From Perna viridis (Eukaryota): a stretch of 64,000 nucleotides of DNA. The stretch lies in contig CM074511.1 of NCBI GenBank assembly GCA_037379345.1, positions 59,712,862 to 59,776,861 on the forward strand, in the 5' to 3' direction. Both the position numbers and the translations under genes were made by a program. Under the pieces are notes generated by a model. The model was not told the origin of the DNA and did no database searches. It was given only the letters and a program-made list of their open reading frames with translations. Each line of letters opens with the position of its first letter. Within the stretch, counting starts at the first letter, position 1. Below, piece by piece: positions 54,905 to 64,000 of the stretch.

Positions 54905-57160
54905 GTTACAGTACTGGTGGAATTACTGCAAATACCATCAATGTCATCAGCCTAGGCCATCCATCATCATGTGTTTCGACCCCTAGCTCGGTACACTTTC
55001 AGGATGGGGGTCCACAGTGGTCTCTCTTCATCCATATCCAGCAAGACGCTTTCTCTGCAGCTTGGCCCAGTTTCTGAATCTCTGCTTTTCTTTGCCGGCC
55101 AATCACTCCTACTGCATAAAACAACCCTCCACATCGACTGTGCAGGGAAGCCTCTACAGCCACCCTCAACAGGAAAGTTCCATGTTTGCCATCCTCTACA
55201 GTTCAACATACTTTGCCCTCTTTCTGTCATATGTTTCGCCACATCTCTGTCACAGGAAACAGTCAGCTCTATAATTACAACCTTTACAGCCGGAAGACCA
55301 GAGAACCATGTCTGGTCTAAGGTTAGTTGGTACAATATCAGGAAATTGCAGCTTTTTGCCTAGATCTACTTCTAACAGCCAGTCTCTTACCTGATTTGAC
55401 ATTCCTGATTTGTTCTCATTACTTTTCTGACATATTTCCCCCTCCTTCACAAACAGGATCTTGATAAGTTTGTTTCTAGTGTGTTTTGCATCTTTCCTCT
55501 GTATCTCTATCACTTCAGCAAGTTCCCGAAGTACTTGGTTGTGTCGCCATGTATATCTCCCCTCTGTGTATCCTGAAAGTACATGTTGTCATATTCCTCT
55601 GTTTCCGCACAACGGACAATCTGGTGTTTCTGAATGTTTCCACCTGTGCAGATTTTTAGGTAATGGTGACACGTCATATACTGATCTTAGAAGGAATTGT
55701 AGTTGGTATTGAGGATATCGCCATATTTCTGACCATGTAAGGGATCGTTGTTCTACTTCCCATTTCGACCAAGCACCTTGGCTCCCTAATTCTACTATCT
55801 TTGCTTGTCTGTTTTCTTCCTCTCTAGATTTCATCTCTCTTTGAACTAGACTTCGTCTCTCTTTGGTATTTTTCAAGCAGCAACTTTTCGATGTTCAAAT
55901 GCCCTGTCTTCCCACTGCCACTGTTCTTACAATATCTTTATGCCCTGATCTACTCTCTGCCTCTGAAACTGCTTTGGAGGCTGACCACTTCCGTCCTGTT
56001 CTTACTTGGACATCTGCTGTTCTTACTTTGTCATCTCTAGATTATATCTGTATCATTACAAGGCGAGTTTTGCTTACTTTGAATTCTTCAATTATTGATG
56101 TTAATGGTAGCTGCAACTTTGCTGATCTGTTGTACAGTCCTACAGATATAAAACTTGGATAGATACCTAACCATTTCCTTAGATGTCGGTTGATGGTTCT
56201 TTCAAGCTTCTCAAATTTTGTTAATGTAATTTCGTACAACATAAGTGGCCTTGATATTCTTGGCAGGAGTCCATGTTGGTATATCCATGCCTTTAATTTT
56301 CCTGGTAGACCTGTCTTGTCGATGTTCCTCATTCCTTCTGAAACCTGTTGTTCGATTCTCATGATATTGTTCTTGTCATTTAATGAGTCATCAAACCACT
56401 TTCTTAAGCACTTGATGTGATTATCAATTATTGATGGAATGACTTCTCCTTACACCTTCAATTCAACTTGGTGTGTGCTCTTCCCTTTTCTCATAATTAG
56501 AGCTCTAGATTTCTTTGGCTTAAAAGCCATCCTTACCCATGTTACTGTCTCTTCCAAAGCCACATCTAGCCTGGACATGGGTATCAGTAGTGATGGTAAA
56601 ATCGTCCATGAACCCTCTAGTTGGTGGTTGCCTAATGTTGGTTGATGTTTTTGGGTCTCTCTCTCGATTTAACTAGCATATTCATTAACATGACAAACAA
56701 GGTAACTGAGATGGTACATCCAGTAACTACTCCTTTTTGTAGTTTCTGCCATGTTGTTGTAATTGTGCTTGTTGTAAAACGCAGCTCGATTCCACTAAGA
56801 TAACTTCTTATTACTCTCTTAAAGTGGTCTGGAATATGGTAATGATCTAGTGACTCCTGTGTCAGCATGTGAGGAATAATGCCATAGGCGTCGGCCAAAT
56901 CTAACCATACTACTGTAAAATCTTTCTTGTTCACTTTGGCCTCTTGAATCAGTTGTGAAATGATGCTTGTATGTTCAATGCATCCTGAGAATCCTGGTAC
57001 CCCGCATTTCTGTACTGAAGTGTCTACATAGTTGTTATCTGTCATATATGATGTAATCCTTCTGGCCATGATAGAAAAAAAAAATTGTTTCTTATCTCCC
57101 TCAGTATTGATCTTAGCTCATTTAAACCTTCTTTATCCTCCTCCTTTGCTCTTCTGTATT
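54905..57160 (-). mobile_element. Decayed R2-group non-LTR retrotransposon, HERO-like (RT, zinc knuckle, restriction-like endonuclease)
   Basis: RT: VQKCGVPGFSGCIEH, VVWLDLADAYG, GVVTGCTISVTLF and FMDD at 56601-56612. Then GLPGKLKAWIYQHGLLPRI, CPLC..QHVLS and RYTWRHNQVL, and the endonuclease RPDMVLWS..IIELTV..FPVEGGCRGF. Many frameshifts and stops. Confidence 0.92.
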
Positions 57161-57473
57161 ATTTGAGACATCATTTATGTGGTAGCTAGATTTAAAACAG
57201 TAAATAAATTGTCTGGTCATTGGCAGAACCAAGAGCGGCGAACCACCCGGGCCTATCTCCCTTACATTCCAAAAGTTGAAAAATCACTTATAGACCCTTT
57301 TGAGACAACCCCTTTTAGAATTTTCTGGATCCACCATTCCTGGTCTTATTATGGACATAGAAACAAATTAAACAGAATGATGACAAAGACAATAATTGAC
57401 AATACGACCATCTTTGGTCCTACTTCAGGTCCCATATCATGATAAATCAGCCTGTCACTCTATGTTGGAGTGC

Positions 57474-58405
57474 TCAAGGGAACCAAGATTCTAGCGGAAA
57501 TCATAAGAATGTAATCCAGGAAAGAAGACCAGACATGGGAAACAGACACACACAACAAAGAACATAAAATAACCAAAATAACACATACAAAGTAACAAGA
57601 GTAAATGAGCAACTCGGACTTCACCAAAAACTGGGAGCATGGACCAGGTACACCGGTAGGGAAACCGTCCTCTGCATTTCTAGAAACACCCACCGAGTTG
57701 CTCATAAAAAAGTCAAGTCCAGGGTAGATGAAAGAAGAGAGTATAACTATAATACGCTAAACAAACCAGTTTTAAGGTGCAGATGGATACATCGTATCGA
57801 CCCATGAGTTCATGATGAAGCCCATAAAACTTCTTCCGTAGTGATGACTTAAAATTTGTAGCAACATAATCCTGTTCCAGTAGACTAGCGCGATACAAAA
57901 ACTCTGCGTAGTTACGACAAGCTCTGGCATAACGCACGGATTGTGATATAAAAACTCCATACGCAGGTGCTGACTAAAGAAAAGTTGACAATACGGAATG
58001 AAAAGTCATCGCGTTTGTCGTATAATTTGGTTAATCGTTTTCCTTTACCATCGATCTTTAATTGTAGATCCAGATATGAGGCTGACTCCACAGTGTCTAT
58101 AGTATCCTTTATCTTAAGTTCTTTGAGGGGTAGATGCGATGTATCAAATTCCCTAAACTAGGATTGTTTAACGATAATACGTTATCAATATAGCGGAAAC
58201 TGAGATTAAAGGATCAAGCTAAACGATGTTCCTTCTTTTGGACTAGATCAGCTATAAAATCAGTCTCATAAGAGTGAATGAATTGGTCAGCAAGTAGAGG
58301 AGCACAATTTGTGCCTATTGGTAATGCCAACCGTTTGTTGTTGAAAACACATTCACTACACTGGGCAAATATGTTGTTGATAAAAATTGCATTTTGAAAT
58401 CATCT
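57474..58405 (-). mobile_element. 5'-truncated Penelope-like element RT C-terminal half plus 3' terminal region (no C-terminal GIY-YIG; Naiad-type arrangement)
   Basis: PIGTNCAPLLADQFIHSYE, FRYIDN (58181-58198), ASYLDL, KLYDKRDDFSFRIVNF and RYARACRNYAEFLYRA..KFYGLHHELMGRYD. Coding ends without an endonuclease and is followed by a structured 3' region ending aatcttggttcccttga. Confidence 0.88.
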
Positions 58406-61400
58406 TATGTGAGTGTTTGTATTTACTTAGTGTAAATGCATGGTTTGTTTGTACATCAATGTTGGGTTTACCTTTTTATCCTGTGTACTAACTTTGTGTA
58501 ACGACTGGAATGTACTACCAAGATAGTCGATTTGACAGCAACACCACAAATATTTATTTTGTTCAAATTTCATTGAATTTCATGGTATTATATTTATGGT
58601 ACATGTGTATCGAGTTTATTGGTAAAGGGAGTAACATTATTATGTTTGTACACCAAAGGAAAACTAGTACTAAATAACCCAAGATGACATAAACAAAATT
58701 GCAATATACATGAAAACTAATAAATTATATTTTATATTCACAAAAATGCAATTCTTAGCATACTTCACTGTATATTGTATTACTTTCATATTAATTTTTT
58801 GAGATTTGCTGAGCATATTTTCTCCTTGACTTACAGATAATTATAATACAATGTTAAACGATGCTAAATAAATTAATTCATCTTTTCTCAGTTTTAACAA
58901 AAGGTATGTATGCGAGGATCATTTTAATGACCCTTAACTCTGAATATTTAGGGATTTTTTCACTGTCGAATGCATAAAGTATTCACCTGGTACATCGCCT
59001 TTCTAGGCGTAAGTTTACTTTATAAAAATTTCAGTGCAAACGATGGAAGGGATTAGACTTCACTCACATAAATCTAGTATAGAAGCAGTATATTACATAA
59101 CAATCGTTTTATCGTTACTCCCACCATAGACACATGTGCAATTACATACAAAAAGGTCACTAGTAGCCCTGACTTTTTGAGAGTAAATGCGAGCAGACGC
59201 AGTGCTACAACAATGATTTTTATTGTATTTTATTTACTAGATATATATCACGGCACCAAAATCTTAATCGATGCTTTTTCCCATTCTGAACTTTTCATTT
59301 CGGAACGAAACAAATTGACTATGAATAGTTTTCTTCTACGATGGATGCTGAATAAGGAAATTCAAAACAGACCACTTCGTAAAACAAGCTACAGTTGTTA
59401 TTCACATGTAATAGTATAACGGTGAAAATAGTGAGGTCTGACAACGACGGTAACTGTCATGTAGTTTTGTTTTTACCTCGCAACCTTTGTTTGCTAGGAG
59501 ATATATATCTGCTACTAAAATAACAAGCTCCAATTTTCTAGCCAGCACATGACATAACAACGACAGATGAAAAGCCACATTTGATACCTATCTTATATTC
59601 ATATATACATAAGACGCATGTAGCTTCCGGTTTCAGCCACGAGAAATACGGTGAAACTTTTACTGAAGGAACAACTCCGTCACGGCTGTACGGGTTACTG
59701 CTAGTCTAAATAAGAAGAGAATACTGGGCCATAGATGATCCGGACTGTGTAATTTGATTGTGGATTGGCAACTATAACGATGACTATCGTTAATGTGTTC
59801 AAAGATGACTATCGAATGCATTTAATTGTACTATATTCAAGGCTGCTTGTTATCCAGGACAGTCAACTTTAAGGTCTGTAGTTAATAGGTATGAAGCTGG
59901 TGCGTTTGGGAGTTATCCTCAGGGCAATGTCAGTCCTGACGGTACTTTAGGAAGGGAGGGTGGATGGTGCATTAATTACAAACAAAATCACTTTGTTCGT
60001 AATTGAAAGACTGTCGAAGGAGTTGTTGGTTGCGTAACGTAATTTAAGAACTTTCCTACGGTTTTGACAGCATCAATTTATACAATTAGATTATCAACAT
60101 AATGAATACTTTTTAAGGGTGTAACGTAATGAGAATTCGGTGCATTCACTGGAATGCATAACGCTTACTGATTTAAAAGGACCAAGTTATCGTCTTGTTT
60201 TTTCACTTCTGTGGCTAAGCATTCATTAATCCTTGTCAAACCATGGTTTTGTTTTCTTTTGTTTTGGTGCTTTTTTCACACTTGCTGAACTTCACGGCGT
60301 GCATGTAAAGGTGATTGTAAGTGCATACCTGCATTCTGTAATTACTTATAACTTGTTTTTGTACTTATTTGGAGAAAACAATCCACTGCACTGATTTATG
60401 TTCGACATAAATTTAACCACAATAAACTAACAGATTAAAAAAAAAGGCAACCTCGTGGTCCTGAAAATTGAACTTCTTTTACACACATTCATATGAACTA
60501 TGAACAGTAAAATGTTAACCCACAATCGTCTTAGTTATGATTTATTGGTCTATTTTTTTTTTTTTCGCCTAGACAAATTCTGCCGACTGAGGAGATGTGC
60601 CAAATGTGTGGAATGATAATTACATCGTGTAACAAAAGTACATATTAAATATATTTTTTTATTTGTTTCTATCATTATTATATATGATATTTTTGAGACT
60701 GTCAATTACTCGAGAATTTTTATTTTTTTCTATATCAAAAATTGATGTTTTAATATATCTAATTAACTAATTTATGAACAGATTAAAAACTTATTTCCCT
60801 TTATTTTAAAATATGTTATTTATTTTATACTTACCATGAACCTCGGTGAAATACAAACCAAAATTCAATGTTAGAAAAAAGAGTATGTGATCTCTGAAAG
60901 ATAAAAATACTTTGGAAGCAAAATTTGGCATGAACCACCCATGGACACCTTGGAGAATTTTCAAAGAAAAACAAATAGAAAAAAAGCAGTGTTTATTTAA
61001 AAGTGACCAATGTCACCCCCCTTTTTTTTAACAAAAAGGTACGAGTATAATTATCATGATGACAAGGCTGCATTGATAAGCATAGACTTGTACCATTGTA
61101 AACGTATATCATCAGGAAAAAAAATAATAATTAAGCTCGATGTCCACATTTCAATAACCCTAAAAACAAAAATTGCAAAATCTAACCCAAAACTATTGGA
61201 CTAAGTATTTTTTCACATTATCAAAAAAGATGGTTCTTTGTGATTATCGGACAGTCTAGCTGAGAACTTAATTCTATATTATTTTTTTGAATTGTTGATA
61301 ATAATACGCCCCCGAAGCGAGCGTTTATGGTTGTATTATCAACTTGGTTCTGTATACTTATGGCATGGAAAAGCATCAATATCCGGTTTGTACCTGCATT

Positions 61401-62884
61401 TTCAGGAGCTGAAAAACAGCATAATGGCAGCTTCGTTTGCGTATACTTGTGTATGTGCGATTGAGCGCCAAACCAGTCTCTTAAAATATTTGCTAGTTTC
61501 GATAAATAAATACAAATCGAATCATAGTTTTTCCAAGATAGGGTTGGCCTTATAGTCTGCAGTATGACCCCCGGATGTTTACGAAAATTACGTCATCAAT
61601 ATTACCCATAATTATTGGGTCATAAAAATTGCGAAACGAAAATGATCGATAAAAGAAAGAATTGAAACGAAACTATTCGATAAAATGAATCAAATTGTAA
61701 TAAAAACATAATTAAACTATACTAAATGAAACAGAATGCAGCGAAACTAAATACAACAAAAGAAATCTTTTAAGACGTCTCGCAAATTTTAAGAACCATA
61801 ATGTTAACCAGTGCCGGACAATTCGACCCAAAGACATTTCGGAATACGAAAACCAATCATTCTTTATTAATGCCGGACATTTCGGCCAATAGACATATCA
61901 GACCATGACAACCAGTCTAATGCTTTAGGGCATATATATATCCTTACAAAATTTACCATACTTGAAGGTATAACATATCAAATAAGAGCTGACAAAAAAT
62001 TTGTTTTTATTAATGCTTCTTCGGGAGCGTTAAAAGGTTTCACCTTCATCATATTAAATACGATTTGTTTTTTTTTAGTTAATAATGACAAAAAAAATTA
62101 AAATATAACGTCTTACACAGCAAACTTAAGACACTGATCAACTTTCATGCAGTTGCACCTTACACTTGCGGATGTTCACTACAACAAATCTATCTACACT
62201 TTGTCTCTCTCATGGCATTAACTATTAAATCACTTTTAAAAATGTTTAAATGATAATGGATGACTTGCTATCTAAACACTTCTAAGTTAGACATTTATTT
62301 CTTAAAACAAGTTAATTTGGAGAAAAACGGTTTCCTTTTTTTCAAGATACATTTTCATAACGATGCTATTAATGCAGTTGTGAAACGCATGACGAAGTGA
62401 ATAATGGCATTATAAATGCTGAATCATTGTATGATTCTTGTTCATTCCGAAATTTGATCTGTTATAATGAGATAGTGAAACAATTTCACTTACTTGTGTT
62501 CTTCTTTGGTTATTTCAACCGGAAATGTTATCTTTGATAATCCAACCAGCCAATTGTATTTTAAATCTTTATTGTCAACTGTGTAATAGATAGAAATTTA
62601 TTTCATAATTTTAAAGTTAACACCCACCTCCATGTTCTGTGCTCGTCGGGTGTATTAAATGAAATCCATTTTTTTAGTAATTTTGGCCACAACAAACTTG
62701 TGTTTTTGTAGAGTGTTTGCACATGTTTTTTTCTACCGTTATGTGTGATTTTAAAATAGATTCTAGCTTTGGTTCTTCCTTTGTATTGTTTCAATTCATA
62801 ATTTGTCAATTAGAGATGGTGCATGCTTGCCACGTCTTCGCCCAAATCAGCAATTCTGTTCTGTATCGCACGAGTATGGATATG

Positions 62885-63200
62885 GCTAATATGTCAAAGA
62901 GACAAAAAAAAACACTAGGATAAAAATGTCACCCATGGGTCTTCAATGAACGACGAGGAAAGCTTAATACCACAGAGCAGACTGTAACTGGATCCAAAAC
63001 AAACATAAGACACTGGTACAGCGAAATAGTTCCCCTATAGACTCCAGCAACAGCAACATAAAAGTCAACAAGTGAAAGTGAAAAGGAAACAAGTTATACA
63101 GAGGCAGAAACTCCTTACTTGGGACAGGCGCAAAAAAAATACGGCGGGGTTAAAGTACTTGGGCGTAACAACACCCCCTTTTAAGTCTGGCCACTTTGGG
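62885..63200. repeat. Probable interspersed repeat of mussel type (PLE-associated non-coding repeat)
   Basis: Motifs atgggtcttcaatg and ctccttacttgggacaggcgcaaaaaaaatacggcggggttaaa resemble abundant mytilid repeats. From memory only, and single-copy in this window. Confidence 0.4.
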
Positions 63201-63505
63201 AAACATATTACACAACAATACACACCTAAAAGATCAGAGTACCGTCTTAAAACAGAAATTAAAAAAATGATTATAAATTACACAAATTCACAAATAAAAG
63301 ACTAATAATAGTTATCTGACACACCGGCTCTAGACCAGCCTAAATTTACAAAAGGTTATGTCCTCATCGTATGAAATATCAATCCAAATTCTTCTCATGC
63401 GGGTTTGAGAACTACGGTACACAATAAATCATACAAAAAGGACACAACCCATGCCATTCGTAAACTACGGAAGCCCATTAGTGCAAGCTGTTCACTTATT
63501 TTTAT

Positions 63506-63752
63506 GTCGTTATAACGACTTAGTATCTCGTTTAAACGACTTAGCTATCTCTTTTAAACGACCTTGCATCTCCTCGTTTAAACAACTTAGTATCTCGTCG
63601 AACAGCATAGCTAACTCGTTCAAACGACTTCGTACCTCGTTTAAACGACATAGCTAACTCGTTTAAACGACATAGTATCTCGTTATAACGACATAACTGG
63701 CGTTGTTAGTTATATCGTTTAAACAAGTTAGCTGTGTTGTTAAAACCAGATA
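63506..63752. repeat. 21-22-bp tandem array of a palindromic core (tcgtttaaacga / tcgttataacga) that flips orientation
   Basis: About 9 forward units such as ctcgtttaaacgacatagctaa, then 2-3 inverted units (gttagttatatcgtttaaac) after ~63700. Confidence 0.85.
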
Positions 63753-64000
63753 CAACGTGTTGTGTGAAGAATAGTACCATAAAATATAGGATGGGAGATA
63801 CCCGCATGTTTTAATCTTGGTTCCTTTGATTACTCTTTTAATCGTTTACAAGTACAATCTACGTTGAACTTTCTCAAATGTATGCGTATGTACTTCCTCA
63901 ATTATTACATTGGCTGCAAAAATTACAAAGTTTTGCAAAAGAGACATCGTTTACAGCAAAGTATTCCTAATTGAGTTTCTTAGTAGTTAGAGCATCTTTT

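Noticed and set aside
54935-54985. GAAAC...ATGATGA...CTGATGA in the HERO-like 3' end (minus strand) as hammerhead, SECIS or box C/D
   Set aside because: Hammerhead stems II/III and the cleavage triplet fail, spacing is too short for SECIS, and a C/D kink-turn would have only a 2-bp closing stem.
59808-60006. ATG-less open frame (..YEAGAFGSYPQGNVSPDGTLGREGGW..), and a similar one at 53354-53465
   Set aside because: No reliable splice pair or recognisable homology; length is within chance expectation.

Overview
AT-rich (roughly two-thirds A+T by eye), gene-poor animal genomic DNA. It is most likely from a bivalve mollusc, possibly a mytilid; this is an inference from repeat types recalled from memory and was not searched. 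I can support no intact host protein-coding gene, rRNA, tRNA or CRISPR array. Nearly all listed ORFs look like chance ORFs or fragments of dead transposons. Supportable content: (1) a decayed R2-group HERO-like non-LTR retrotransposon (RT with FMDD, zinc knuckle, restriction-like endonuclease; 54.9-57.2 kb, minus); (2) a 5'-truncated Penelope-like RT fragment with no C-terminal endonuclease (57.5-58.4 kb, minus); (3) an internally deleted MULE transposase remnant (47.1-48.1 kb); (4) four pieces of a Helentron/HINE-like non-autonomous family, two of them forming ~0.8-0.9 kb inverted arms around a 2.8 kb spacer; (5) several long hairpin (MITE/Crypton-like) elements and three minisatellites; (6) a tRNA-headed SINE remnant; (7) two copies of a highly structured ~500 nt SINE-like element with a non-tRNA head. 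The best candidates for something undescribed are two structured-RNA modules at retroelement ends: the multi-stem head of the SINE-like element (3486-3566 and 32189-32266, a possible ribozyme or processing element) and the palindrome-bearing stem in the Penelope-like 3' region (57605-57705). Both are hypotheses that need covariance analysis and cleavage assays.
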